A stretch of 61,907 nt of DNA, the filler included, from Sphacelaria rigidula (lineage: Eukaryota), in assembly GCA_964200075.2 (NCBI GenBank). It is 6 parts of 6 records of this genome, joined end to end, with 100 filler letters (N's around TTAATTAATTAA, not from the genome) between each part and the next. Parts side by side here need not be neighbours in the genome. Positions count along the whole stretch, not along the records: positions 41,341 to 51,574 come from CAXNAA020006885.1; positions 51,675 to 61,907 come from CAXNAA020006886.1; 4 more parts are not named here. One strand, written 5' to 3'. Positions within the stretch are counted from its first letter, which is position 1; the number at the start of each line of letters is the position of its first letter. Shown here in pieces: positions 49,275-61,907 of the stretch. A model generated the notes under the pieces. It ran no database searches and was not told where the DNA came from. It was given only the letters and a program-made list of their open reading frames with translations. The position numbers were made by a program, and so were the translations under genes.

Positions 49275-50121
49275 GGAAGCATCGACGGCCCGAGCAACAG
49301 CAGGGAGGTGACAGAGCCTGATATTACCGTAGCCGTGCCTGGAATGAGGTGGGACAGCCGGTGCGCGAGGAGGAGCGAGGCTGGGCGCAAAGCCAGGCCT
49401 GTCGAGACACCCCCGCTGGACGTGAACCCAGCCGTTTTTCAGTAATTCTCACCTCGAGCACGCATAGTGCGGTGCTCTGCTTACGGAGAGCACGGAAAAC
49501 CTCAAGGTTGGTCAAGCGCTGGCGTCGCCGGCCTCGCCGCACGCGACCTACTCCGGCACTTTGAGTTCGGCGTTGGATGGTTCGGTCATCAACAAGAGGC
49601 CCGCTACTGGGGAGGAGCTCAATGCGGGCATTGAGGAAGCGATGGTGCAGCTCTGTCTCTGTGCTCGTGGGACGTCGATATCGACGGAACGGCCACTGCG
49701 ACGGAGTTGGCCGCGGTGATTGGCAAGAGCGATGTCGCCGCGGAGTCGATGAGCTTGCTCACCACCAAGACCAAGGACTTCGCGAAGGTGAGGTCTCGGA
49801 GGTGTTGCTGCGGATTCTCACCGCTGTGGGCTGCTTTTTGCTCTTGGACGCGCTTCACTTTTGAATCTGTTGTGCTTGTGCGGTTATTGTCCATGTGTCT
49901 ATGCATTCGTCCAACGGGACGATTTTTCAGTGTCGGGCGTCACCATCGGAGCGCAGTTTGGTGCACCTGGCTTGAACCGTACTCTTCTCGCTATGCAGAC
50001 GGACGTATGGACCTCAAATCTCTCTCTGGTGTCCACCAGAAACAACACCTATCACGTTGTTTGATCCTCGGAGCTTACCTTTCCAGGTCATGAAGTGAGT
50101 TGTTTCTTTGAACAGTGCGTC

Positions 50122-50398
50122 CACTCACCATGTAGCCCCTGTCCGTGATTCTCAGGGTGCTCGTGAAGTCCTTGGCCAACATCCGCGCATTAGCCCCTTG
50201 CATCTGCGCCTCCTCGAGGGTCGTGTTCACCTTGCCCTTCTTGTTGCCGCGGTTCTGAACCCCGACAACAAGAAGGACAAGGTGAACACGACCCTGGAGG
50301 AGGCGCAGATGCAAGGGGCTGATATCCTGATGTCCGTTTGTTGGCCAAAGATTTCACGAGCACTCTGAGAATCACGGACAGGGGCTACGTGGTGAGTG
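50122..50398. repeat. Spacerless inverted duplication of an exon 3' end
   Basis: ~135-bp arms centred on GGTTC-T-GAACC (50256). Both arms encode NKKxKVNTTLEEAQMQGA..LAKDFTSTLRITDRGY and end at a GTGAGT donor. Confidence 0.9.
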
Positions 50399-51574
50399 AG
50401 CGCGCTGTGCAGAGGAGCAATACACTTCGGTTTCGTGTGGTTGTATTTATGCCTATGCCTTGGTGGGAACGCTCGGGTATTCGGGATTGCACAGCGGGGA
50501 AGATATGATGGGTTTGCCTCGAAACATGAGACCACGGACTCGTGCCATGGAAGAGAAGGGGCCAGGAATGAGACAAAATAGGAAAGGGCAGCGCCAACAA
50601 TATCGAAAACATGTATCGCTCGACTGCACATTCCCTGAGCTTTATACAGTGTTGCAAGGCGTCTTTTTGCAGGGTATTTTCTACACTGTGGCCAGGGCTG
50701 TCGGCCAAACGTTGCAGGTTGTTATGGGCTACGACAGAGTCTAGTCGAATCATGTCTGGAAATAAACATTGATTAATCGTCGAAGATGATTATGTTGTGA
50801 CGAAGATATGCTCTGCTCGAGTGTGACAGGTGGTGATCACATGTCGCGCAGATGACCTCCCTGTGAGCCTCGACTATTTTTTGTGCTTCGTGACTGTGTC
50901 CGCGTCCGATCAAGCCGTACAGACAGAAGTCCAGCCCATCATGAACTCACATCCCTCCGACCAAAGGACTGAGGAGACACGGACTTGAAGATACGACGGT
51001 GAATCATCTACGGCTCAACCAACCACTGCATGCGCAACGTCAACTTTGCATCTAGAGAGGATAGCAGCCATGATTCAAAGTCAAGGCTTTTGGTACGAAG
51101 ATGGAGCGACAACTGCAAGTGCAAAGAACGGTCAAGCTCGGACACCACAGAAGCTACTCTCTGGTGACCCATAACAAGCGGCAGTTGAGCGAACCCGACG
51201 GAATCAAGGCAAGAGCACTTCAGTTACCGTTTGTTGCTGCCATACCGTACGGTGCAGCATGAACCGCGGCACAAAATGGTAGTGTGCTGAGCCGCAGCTG
51301 ACATGAACGCGTGGTGTGCAATTCTGAACTTCACACCTCCCGCTATAAAAGCAGGCATCGTCACAACACATGGTACAGTACGGTGCCGTACACAGCGCAG
51401 GGGCGTCACTTAGCACACAGCTACAGTGAGGCAGCCGCGAAACTACACACACACGCTGCTGCAGAGAGTACTACCGTAGAGTCAATGTGATGTATCGTGA
51501 TGGGTCGGTGGGCAGGCGGACTTTGTTAGTGCTTTCGTGTGTACCCCCCCCCCCCTCGGTGCTCCCGCCTGGTC

Positions 51575-51674
51575 NNNNNNNNNNNNNNNNNNNNNNNNNN
51601 NNNNNNNNNNNNNNNNNNTTAATTAATTAANNNNNNNNNNNNNNNNNNNNNNNNNNNNNNNNNNNNNNNNNNNN
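51575..51674. other. Artificial contig spacer 5
   Basis: Same structure. Confidence 0.97.
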
Positions 51675-51942
51675 GGGGGGGGGGTACTCATTTGTTACTT
51701 GCCTTAACTGGGGGGGGAAGACGATCTGTTGATTATATCAAACTCTACCGACGGTAGCACTTTCGAGTTCTATCGAAGAGTAGTCGCAAGAAAAAAAACT
51801 TATGAACAACAAATAGTTCAGACGCCTAGTACTATAATGCTGCCCGCTCGAATCGAAGGCTCATTTTTTTCTTTTCCGTTTTTGTTTTGTTTATTTCTTG
51901 ATTCTATCACCAAATTCACACATGGGCGTGCGTGCGGGGCAG

Positions 51943-54900
51943 ATAATCAGGCACATCGTGGCGCTAGAGAACCAATACCATGATCTTCTGGTGCGAGCGT
52001 GGGCAGCCGCCATCGCCAAACCAAAACCGCCCCCGAAGTCCTCCAATCGAGGCCACTACATCCGGAAGTCGTCGAAGGTGAGGGGCAGGATCACAGCAGA
52101 TTGACGTAGAGCACTCTGGGTTTTTAGGACGGCGGGGAAGGGTGTGGGTGATCTTTACACATGATTTCGAACGTGCGACCCAACTTGACGAAAAACAAGG
52201 TACAGGTATTTTGTAGTACCACATACAGTAGTACCATATATACACAGTGACAAGTCGGTGCACAACAAGTGAAGGGCAAAAAAAATGTGTTTCTGTAGGG
52301 TGTACCCGTAAGTCGAACACTTGTGGTTGAGCCGCCGCGCCCCGGTGGTCTAATGGTTCGACTGTTGCCATTGGGGTGGAGAGAATTGTGGTTTGATTCC
52401 CGATGCGTTGTTTTTTCCTTCGTAATGGTATGATTTCCACCGTGGAAAGGGTGAGAGCGTGAGTGAACAAAGCAGTCGACCGGATTTATGTGACGTGAGT
52501 TGCCGCGGTGTAGCAGTGCTGGCCCAATCCGCGAAACCAAGGTGAAGAGCGCGTACAGGGAGAGAAATGGTTTGATCCCTCATGACCACGGACTCATCCC
52601 GAGCAAGGGGAGGGGTTCGAAGTGTGAGGAAAAACAAAACAAAACATGTCGAACCAGTGTACCCGAATATTCCCGTCTGGTCCGGCAGGGTATCGAGCGT
52701 TGTTCCGCACAATTGGGTGTCGTCCGGAAGGGCATTCGCCGATTAAATACCTCTTTCATACTCCGTAATTCTGTGAATACCCAAATTTCAGTCGGTATCC
52801 CCTACGAAACGCAACCTTCGCGGAAATTCCTCGCAGGGTGACTTCAACGAAAGCCTTCGCCCGGCGACCTTACGCCAACTGAAGAATAGGGACCTGAAAT
52901 TATCCGCAACTGCACCTACATTCTTGAAGGGCGCGGGGGGAAACCCATGACAAATTCATACCGATAGAGGAGTGGGGATGGTGGCGACAGAAGCTTTCTG
53001 GTTTGCTTCATTGACAGGGTACGTTATATTAGCGCTGAAGCAAGTAGCCCGAACGTGAAACTATGAGCAATGTTGTGGGGGAACATCGCGGTATGCTCAG
53101 GGGCCAAAATCTGGCCTCTGGATTATGACTTAGCAATGACAGCACTATTTACTTCGAGGGGAGCACTAACACAGTTTCTTTTTTTCTTGCGTTTTTTCCC
53201 CTCGCCAGGATCTTCGTTGGTCTCTCGTCGTATGACACATATTTCCTTGAGTTTTGTACACGAGCGATAATGCTGTTTTGTATCGTAGGAATCATCTGTG
53301 ATGGGTGTTTGTATTATGTTCATGAGCAGTGAGTCAGCTGACACTGTGTCCCAAGTATTCTCACCACACGCACTTCGTCACCCCCGCCATACAAGCCGGC
53401 CTCACCGGATTTCGGTCATTACGAAAAAAAGTGGGTCTAAATTCAAATCACATATCCACCTTGCTCGTATACTCAGCAAACATTTAGACACACACAATAT
53501 ATATATATATATATATACTTGCGTTGAATATGCGGTGTGGTATGGAACGTAGTAGAGCGGGGTGAAAAATCTATTCGGGGGTGTCAATGTCCAACATGTG
53601 CGTATTCAACCATGCACTGTTTTTTTCTTTGGGGTCGAGGTTACCGTTGGATGGCCATGATGCTGCTTGGTACCTTTGGTGAACTCATGGCATTCCGGGG
53701 TTATTTTAACTTTCAGGATCTCGGTGGTTTGTCTCGAAATTTCGTAGAAACATTTTCGGCTGCGATGCCCTTTTTTCGTATCAAGCATGGGAACCACATG
53801 TCTACATGCACCAGCTGACGCCGGTATCCGATGATGATGTGACGGTACAGATAAAAGTTATCGATGGATGTGCAGTCCCGGGTGGGTTTCCATCAAGATG
53901 GGCGTACATTTATATTCCAGATGGATATTAGATGAATATCTGAGTACTGACGGAACACATTTGTCTCTACAATCTTTCGCGTTTGTTGACGATTCGTGTG
54001 CCTCTGTACCCATGCTAGCGTCGACCGGCTGTGACGTCCAAGGAATACCCGAAGAAGTCTTCCAAAGTGGGCAAGGCGTACCAGGTGGGTTTGAGTAAGG
54101 AAGCAAGGCATCATGATGTATGTGAGGTGGTGTCCATGAAGACTTGTCGTAAAACTAGCCTGCCTCAATTTCAACTGAGCAGTCTCGAGAACGTGACGTA
54201 AATATGTGTCCTCTCTCTGTCTGCCCCGCCGTTGTGATTTTTCGCGCACGATGCTTCCAGGTGGACCTCTCAACGTTACCGGTCGCCGTGCCTAGTGAGG
54301 AGTATAATCCCCCTGAACTGGAAGACGCAGCGTTCGAGCAGGTGTGGGCGCCGCTGCCTCTGGGAGAAAATGGCGAGAGCACGACGGATCTAGACGCCCT
54401 CGTGAAAGAGTTCGGCAGTGTGGTCAGCCACGACAAGGTGCATTGTTGTAATTAATCATAACCCGCTCTTGTTGTCATTACTCACGGTTATAATCCGCTC
54501 CTGTTGTAGTCATTATCCACTCTCCTCGTGGTTATTGTCCAATCTTCTCGTGGTTATTGTCCAATCTTCTCGTGGTTATTGTCCAATCTTCTCGTGGTCA
54601 TCATCCATCCCTGTTGCTGCCGTGTGAACACTTGCTTTTTTGCTCCGAAGTTTTTCCGGGGTGTCACACGTCCTGTAAGATGTCCTTCAATTAGTATGTA
54701 TACGTGTGCGTCTTGTTCCGCGTGCTTTGGCGTGTTCTGTAGTATACACCCGTATGTTTGTTTGTTTTTTACCTCCCCCTCTCTCTCATGTCTCTTTATC
54801 AGTGGCTGTACAGTATTCCTGTACAATATTCGATATCCAAACGGTTTCCGTGCTTTTTGGCACATTCTTAGCTGTTCCTGCGCACCGCACCCTTTGCTTT

Positions 54901-57900
54901 AGACACACGTGGAGCGTTTTTTTAGCGTTAACCCTCTTGGAACCGTTGATGGAAAATGAACGATTTACATTTGAAGTTTTTTCGGGCGAGAAATGCTTGT
55001 TTTTCTGCAGCCTTTGAGGAAACGATTCGCCCAAAGTGTGCTTTTCAGACCCGTGCGAATGGAACGTGGAAGAAAAGAACGTTCGAAGATTATCTATTTT
55101 ACGGGTATGACGAATTGTTCGACCTGTCGGTGTTTTGCAACCCTGGCCAGAGTGCACGGCTGACTCTCCGTGAAGCAATCTCCACGCCGCTCCTGCAGTA
55201 GATGCTTTGCACCGCATGGTAGCAAGCTTGCGCCTAAGTTGAAATAACGAAGGTGAAATCGACGGCACATTCACCTCACTTATGCCCCTGTCTACTGACT
55301 GTATTCGCAGACAGTCACCGTCAGGCCCTGTAGGGATATGTGTTCACTTACTCCTCTGTACTGCGTGTAATCATGATATTTTCAGCTTATGTCAAGGGTA
55401 AACTCATGCCGTGCACGCTACTGTACTCTGTCGCACGCGTTTATACGACACCAAACTGCGGTTTGATCATTCCATAACGGCGACGAGGATGTCATGTACC
55501 CCGCCGTTATACATTTTCCTGGTGCAGCGTAGGCGGAAGCCGTTACTTTGACATATCCGATACAGCAGGCTGTCACTTTATAGGCTGTGATATTACGGCA
55601 TATCTCATCCTGCGCTTTGTGCTGTACGTTCCCACGACACCACCTCTATACTGGGTGTTGGTCATGTCTGAACGCTGCACAGCCGTACTTTGTGCTGCGT
55701 AGGGTGTATTACTCCGGCTGGTGCTACCGCCTTTGGACCGTCTGTCCTCGTGGGTGGCGTTGGGGTTTCATGCAATGATATTGCATACCTTTTGTCTTCT
55801 GGCATGGAAGACCGTTACATCGTTATTCAATTCTACTGGACTGTAGTGAAGTGTAGTTACTGACTGTGGTTGTAGTTGGGTGAGGCTGGTTGCGAAAGGC
55901 TGTCCCGGTCGGTTGTCGACCGTTTTGCTAGTATATCGCCCGTCTGGAAGCTTGCAATCACGTCCGCCTGGTGTCTCCTACACAATCTTGCGTGCCTCGC
56001 AGCGTTTCCACTTGCCGCGGTTACTGTGTTGACCTTTGGTAAGCGAGCGGGGGGGGGGGCGGTGTGCGCCGGGGGGCAATGGGCTGCCCCAACCGCTCTT
56101 GCAGCTTTTTCAGCGAAACGCATGGCAGCGTCCTGGCCGTGCTTCTCAGCCATCTCTTCCAGCTGAACGTGAATTGCATATGGGTCGCTCTTCAGCGCTT
56201 CCACATGTGGCGACGGGATTTTCACGTGCTCCGCCATATTATTGTCGCCGGCCGTGTAGTGTGGCTTCCTAGGCTCGCGAAGTGTTGACGATGCAGCCCA
56301 CCAAAACGGTGAACCACACTAAGTTCAAGTATACTGATGTGACGGGTTCGTGCACCGAACTCGAATTGACGTATTTCACAGATTCTAATGACAAAAATCA
56401 CATGTAGAGGAGTTTGTACTGTTTCGCGAGAGTTTGGTCGATGAACACAATTGGACACACTTCGCCCGTCGCGTGATATCATGGGACAAACCCAACCCGA
56501 CCGCTTCGGGGTTTCATTTTCGGCACATCCATGACGTGTGCGCGTGGAATCTTCTTTGATTTTCCGCAGTAAAAATGGTTGCCGTCGGTCTTTTCTGTTT
56601 CCATCTTTTTCTCTTTGTCAGGGCTTCTCATGATGAGGCGTCTGGCCCGGGGACGGGAGGGGAGGGTTCCAAAAGGGTTGATACACACACACGAACACAA
56701 GCACGTAAAGCACCTCTGTTGTTATTTTTGTTTTTGATCAGCCAGAGAATGGGAGCGGGGGGGGGGGTCATGGGGGGACTCGTTTTGTGTATCGAGATAA
56801 GATAAGGATCTTGTTATCTGTATTTTTATTTATTTATTGATTGATGGATTGTCGCACTTTGACCCCCCAGGGATCCAGCTGTGATCATTTGATAGACGTG
56901 CCCAAGACAAAAGAAAACTGAAACACTCACTGGAGAAAAAAGAAAGAAACAAAACAACAGAGTAGAGGGGAAAAAGACGGGAGAGATTACAAAAAGACAG
57001 GGGAGGAAAAAAAGACAACAGAAACAGACCTGTCCGACTAACGCCTGGGTGCTGCCCGAGCATTGGTCGCGGATATGGCTAGGGTTCTTGTTGGTGATGG
57101 TGAAATCGCTTTTTGTGTTGTCTGCAATGTGAACCACGGAACTTTACAACTTGGGGATGTATATTTTTTTTTGTCAGGGATGAACATTGAGAACCTTCAT
57201 GAGCGTCGAAACATCTTCGAAATCAAAATACACATGCACTCTCCAACCGTGATGTGTGGCCTCGCTCACCCTCGAAAACAATCCATCCGCAATTTGCAAT
57301 AATCCCGTGTTTGTACCGAACAATTTCGACCTCCGTTCTTTCCCGTAAAAAAATACTGTTTTTTTTCATGAGATTCCCCCGTTAACACGGGACTTTAGAA
57401 ATTGCGGATGGATTTCTTTCTAGGATGAGCACGAGCCCACGCATCACGGCCGGATACAGTAGCGGCTACGGTTTAAGAGAGGGCCGGGACAAGCCAATTT
57501 ATTTCTCTTGAACCCTGCTTTCTCTTATACCGCATTGGCTACGGTAGAAGATAATCTTCTCTTGAACCATATTTCGCGGGAGGCCGCGCAGCTGTGGCAG
57601 ATGCGGTGCATCTCGTAGGTGCTGAGAGAGTCCGCCACACCACAGGTGCCATGGAGGTACTGCCCGCAGACTCCTCTGCATTGGTGATTAGTGAACTGCG
57701 GCGGGCCTGGCGTGTGACAGCGCAGCGACTGCCCGCTGCGCAGGGCATGGTGTCTGCAGCTGTGTGTGTGTGGATTGATGTGTGTGATGTCCGCGTGGTT
57801 TCCAGAAGGTTCGATTCAAGAGAAAATATCGGAAATAAGAGGGATTCTCTCTTGAATCGATTTTGGTCGGGACAAGCCAGTTTCACTCTCTTGAATCCGT

Positions 57901-58998
57901 ACTTTCTCTTCAAAAAGTTCTCTTGAACCGTAGCCGCTACTGTAGTGCACTTACATTTCGCTTTCGAGAATATATTCGATGCTCCTCAAATTTCCCCGAC
58001 ATCCATCCTCAGGATAAAAATCCATCCTCTATATGTATTATCCCGTGTTATGAGTAGCCTCATTTTGGTTTTGCCCTTAGATGTGGAGATGTACATTCAG
58101 GACTACACCTACATGATTGGCTAGAACAGTCCCGCGGATAGGCTCTGGCTGATCATGCTCCTACCAAACTTTTCAAATCTAATATATATATATATATATA
58201 ACCTAATTAGCATAATCGTTAAGAGCCTACCCACGAAGCAGTCTCTCTCTGGCCCCCGTTTCCAAGATAAATATTGTGGTCTTGGAATGCCCCAAAAATG
58301 AGATCAAACATCGTTTGTCGCCTGGGCGTGCATGCAGTACCACAACAACTCGTGCATGAAGCGCGTTTAGAGTGAATGAGGTCTTGTTTCTTACTCGCCC
58401 TTCCCCCCGCGGTCCCTTGCACGTCCCCTCCGATCCGATCCGGTCCGGTCCGCCCGGCATGAATACCCGTTTCCCCCCCCCCCCGTACCCCACCTGCCAT
58501 GAATTCGAACCAGTGCCTGGAGGTGCTGTTCCGGTGCGATGGTGACGTGGTGCAGACCCGGACCGTTCTGGAGGACCTTGTTCGGACATGGACAGCAGTG
58601 TGTCCAGGGGCCGGAGGGGTGGCTGCAGCCACAGCACAGGCACGCGCCGCTGTGGAGAAGGAGTTGACCCCAAGGATCTTGGCTGCCGCGACAGCAGCTG
58701 CAGCTGCTGCTGCAGCACCGCCACCGGCGGCAGCTGCTGCGCAAGGCTCGGGTGCGGCTTCCGTATACTTTTTGTGGCTTGTGCATGAATCGTATCGAGA
58801 TTGTCGCTTTTTGTGTGTGACATTTTTGTATGTCGTGTGCGTGTGTGTATGGATGCACACCCTGGACAAAAGAATTCCATTGTCAAGAAGGTACAGCGTA
58901 GAGTATCGGCTTTTGCGTCTATTGCAATAGACATAGATTCCATACTGTGAGCAGTATATTTTTTTACAATGGAATCTTTTGTCCAGGGTCGGTGGTGA

Positions 58999-59072
<74 letters not shown>

Positions 59073-59126
59073 TTTTTTTTTTTTTTTTTGTTTTTATGTT
59101 TTTTTGTTTTGGGTTGNNNNNNNNNN

Positions 59127-59162
<36 letters not shown>

Positions 59163-61824
59163 TTCGTACATGTTATCTGCAAGTGTGCTGTGGTGGTGGG
59201 GTAAATGAGTCAGCTGGCACTTTAGCCATGAGTATTCTCGCCACACGCACCCGAGTACCTTCACCATATACGCCGCCCCGGCCAGATTTGCTAGCCACTG
59301 TCACACCGCTGCACTGCACACGCGCATGCACACACGCCAACATCGTCGCACAGATTCAGCGTTCATGTCTACAAGCAAAGGGTATAGCTTCCAGGCCGGG
59401 TCCCAGGAGAGCTCTCAGAAACGGTCTTGCACCGGAAGTCCTGAAGGACAGCCGGCCGTCGACGCTGCCGCGTTAGCGACGGCTATCTGGCGGCATCCGA
59501 TAAAGGGTCTTCATTCGGGGGAGGCAGCCCTGAGGCGGCAGGTGAAAGCTTCATCGAAATTTGGGGATACGTGATTGATATTAATCCTTCAGGTGATGCT
59601 TGACTGGTTGACTCCTCCCCCTCCCTTTCCCCCCTACTCCGTCTCGAAAGGGATGCGAAGTCAATGGTCAAGTGACTGAGGCAAGCAAGATATCAGTACC
59701 CTCCCCTCCCGCGCGCGAGATCAATGGCCTCAAGACTACAGTACGGCATGCAGGATCAGTGTGTAGTCTTGCCTCCAGGGATAAGTCCAGGCCTCCTTCG
59801 GTGGTGAATGGTACTACCAAACAATCATGCACTCTGTACTCCATAGAATATACGTGCGTGTGTTTATGTATGTTTCGGCCTTTCGACGTCTCTTTTATGT
59901 GTGGCGTGTGGCTTGAAATCTAGAATGATGTAGATATATGAATCATCCACTTGAATCATCAGGATGTTTTACTATTATACAAGCTGGGCTAGCCCAGACG
60001 CGAACTTGTGGTTTGCAGACCCCGTCTCCACTCAAGTTTGGGAGTTGGACTTTCAAATTTGGTACGGAGAAATGATAGGACATGCTAATGAATGTGTCGG
60101 GCAGCATATCATTTTTTTTTCTTCGTGACTTAACGGCAATTTCCTGATTACTAGGTGCTGATTATTGCCACCAGTTCATGAAAAAAAAACTCGATGTGCT
60201 GCTTGACACTTTTTTAGCATGCCAAATCTAGAAGTCCAACTCCCAAAATTGAGCGGAGACTGGACAAAATAGAAACCGGGCTGGCCGAAATTCGGAACGA
60301 TATTTTCCAGGCCATTTACTGGCCAAGGTTTGGTGCTTGTCGTTCGAATCTTTTGTGTGGGACCTCGCTAGACCATAACGAAAGAAGAAAAGTGGGAAAA
60401 GTTCATATATATGTATATTCCTTGTTCGGAACCTTTCAGTGAATACCATATTTTCACGAGAACGCCCAAACCTCTCCAAAAATTCAAGGGCCCACTTATT
60501 TCGGCATGCCTTCGCGATTCTTCATGATGAGTTTCAAGTGTCAATTATTAAAGTTGAGCTGAAAAACTAAGATGAGGTCCGAGAGCATTGTCCATTTTCC
60601 CCTAAAACTCACCTCAAAAAGTGAATGAAACGAGAACCTTTTTTTTTTCACGTCTTGCACTCGCGATTCTCCGTATGAAAGTTCTAAGCACAATTCTCAG
60701 AGACTGAGACGCAATATCCAGATTTAGTGCATTAAGTGCTTCTGTTCAATATATATATATATATCGATTTTAGTATAGAACCTTATGTGCGCCATATCTC
60801 GAGACAGATAACGAATTAGAAGAAAGTGAGGGTATCGATCGTTTCCTCGTGCTCCAGGGAAAGTCCACACCAATAATCGTCATCATCCGCTGTATACATC
60901 GTTCGGGTTTTCACATAGAATTTAGTATGGACGCTATCTCCGTACTGTACAGGAATTACTTGACATTAGATTCAATCAGCGAGAAAAAACTGTTGTAGAC
61001 TTTCGAGCACATGGGCACCTTCCCCATGATGAGACCATTAATACGATATGCGGATCACGGCCCAACTCGTCTGTATCGATGATATATTGCTTTGAGAGCT
61101 TTAATCCAGATTTTGTTGCTGTCACCCGGGAGTCCACTTTTTGTCGGAGATCTGATTATGCCGTAGATGACGATGCATATGACCCCCGGGTCACAAGATT
61201 ATTGTTCCCGAAAGTTCATCATCTGGGGTCGGAAGTACAGTACAGTGAGGGTTCATTTCCAGTGCGGTCCCCTCCATGGTGCGGATTTCTACAAACTGTG
61301 GTCACAATCACTTGTCACAAGTCAGATACGCTGCAGTAATTTCGAGTCGTAGTACCATGTAAGTATAGTGAGGGGTCCCGTCACAGTGTGTGTCATGCTC
61401 GGGTGGGCCGCACTTTGGTGGAATCGTCAATAACGTATGACGGAGGGTTCTTTCACCACGTACCCCTGTATAGTACCGTACATAATAACTAACATACATG
61501 GTGCCAGAAGTAGCGGAGAAAATGTCTTCCGAGGTGTTGTTGTTCACAAGGGGTGTTGTATTGCGCACCGGTGATCAAACACTTCTTGTCGGTGCCGCGG
61601 TTATTATACGCGATCACACACATTCACACACACCGCGTCCCTGTGATGTGGTTGGACGATTTCAGGTGGAAGGAGGCATTTCGTATCCACCGTGGGGAGG
61701 AGCCAGGGGACGTGGCAATCTGCTGCGAGATCTAAATCTGACGCGGCCGTGGATGGCAGCAGAGACGGAGACTTTCAGCCGGGTTATGGTTGCGGAACGG
61801 TGCAAAAACTTCTACGCTGTACAG
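51943..61824 (+). CDS. ELM2-SANT domain protein (MIER/MTA/CoREST-type co-repressor family), partial. Predicted exons 51943-52077, 54019-54084, 54261-54437, 58514-58751, 59354-59541, 61666-61824.
   Basis: All exons have AG/GT boundaries with compatible phases (0,0,0,1,0). The spliced peptide has SKVGKAYQ|VDLSTLP..EQVWAP..HDK|CLEVLFRCDGDV (ELM2-like) and RPWMAAETETFSRVMVAERCKNFYAVQ (SANT-like). Start and stop codons lie outside the contig. Confidence 0.75.
52334..52540 (+). mobile_element. tRNA-derived SINE copy (intronic)
   Basis: GCCGCGCCCCGGTGGTCTAATGG..GGTTTGATTCCCGATGCG plus a body collinear with 1-204 (-). Confidence 0.75.
54525..54598 (+). repeat. 22-bp minisatellite (CTCGTGGTTATTGTCCAATCTT) x ~3.3
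   Basis: Perfect tandem copies. Confidence 0.9.
57241..57454. mobile_element. MITE with ~65-bp inverted arms
   Basis: CCGTGATGTGTGGCCTCG..ATCCATCCGCAATTT pairs with AAATTGCGGATGGAT..CGAGCCCACGCATCACGG. Confidence 0.6.
57457..57942 (-). mobile_element. Non-autonomous Tc1/mariner (pogo-like) element with a 5' ORF remnant
   Basis: TA|CAGTAGCGGCTACGGTTTAAGAGA ... TCTCTTGAACCGTAGCCGCTACTG|TA. The interior minus strand encodes a frameshifted MPCAAGSRC..HQCRGVCGQYLHGTCG..EMHRICHSC. Confidence 0.8.
58856..58989. mobile_element. MITE with CACACCCTGGACAA TIR
   Basis: ACCCTGGACAAAAGAATTCCATTGT / ACAATGGAATCTTTTGTCCAGGGT. Confidence 0.6.
59002..59158 (+). repeat. (CT)n microsatellite and poly-T with an internal 10-N gap
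   Basis: Direct inspection. Confidence 0.95.
59985..60287. mobile_element. Diverged inverted-repeat element
   Basis: GTCTCCACTCAAGTTTGGGAGTTGGACTT pairs with AAGTCCAACTCCCAAAATTGAGCGGAGAC. Confidence 0.55.
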
Positions 61825-61907
61825 GTGGGTATAACTCAGTTGTAGCTTTCAGTTTTTTTAGGGGGGAAGGGGGGGGTGGGGGGGTGTCCTCATGATCATG
61901 CATGCCA

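Noticed and set aside
58219-58943. Long minus-strand ORFs (216 and 238 aa)
   Set aside because: Shadows of the Ala-rich plus-strand exon 58514-58751.

Overview
This is eukaryotic, repeat-rich genomic DNA, most likely from a brown alga or related stramenopile. That assignment is an inference from GT-AG introns of several kb, TTAGGG-type repeats and an ochrophyte-like protein. The window is not one locus. Five identical 100-bp spacers (44 N + TTAATTAATTAA + 44 N) join six unrelated contigs of about 10,233-10,235 bp: 1-10235, 10336-20570, 20671-30905, 31006-41240, 41341-51574 and 51675-61907. Supported coding content is: a spliced conserved hypothetical gene (contig 2), a multi-exon ELM2-SANT gene (contig 6), an intron-containing PIF/Harbinger transposase pseudogene and a Ser/Thr kinase pseudogene (both contig 3). 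The rest is MITE/foldback elements, a tRNA-derived SINE, a higher-order ~43-bp satellite and decayed unidentified coding-like DNA. The most striking structure is at 28095-30905. There the kinase catalytic-loop/DFG exon is amplified into at least 8 copies in strictly alternating orientation, as four tandem palindromic units seeded at a short intronic palindrome. Two further spacerless hairpins built from exon-like sequence occur at 48875-49274 and 50122-50398. All calls are by eye; no database searches were run.
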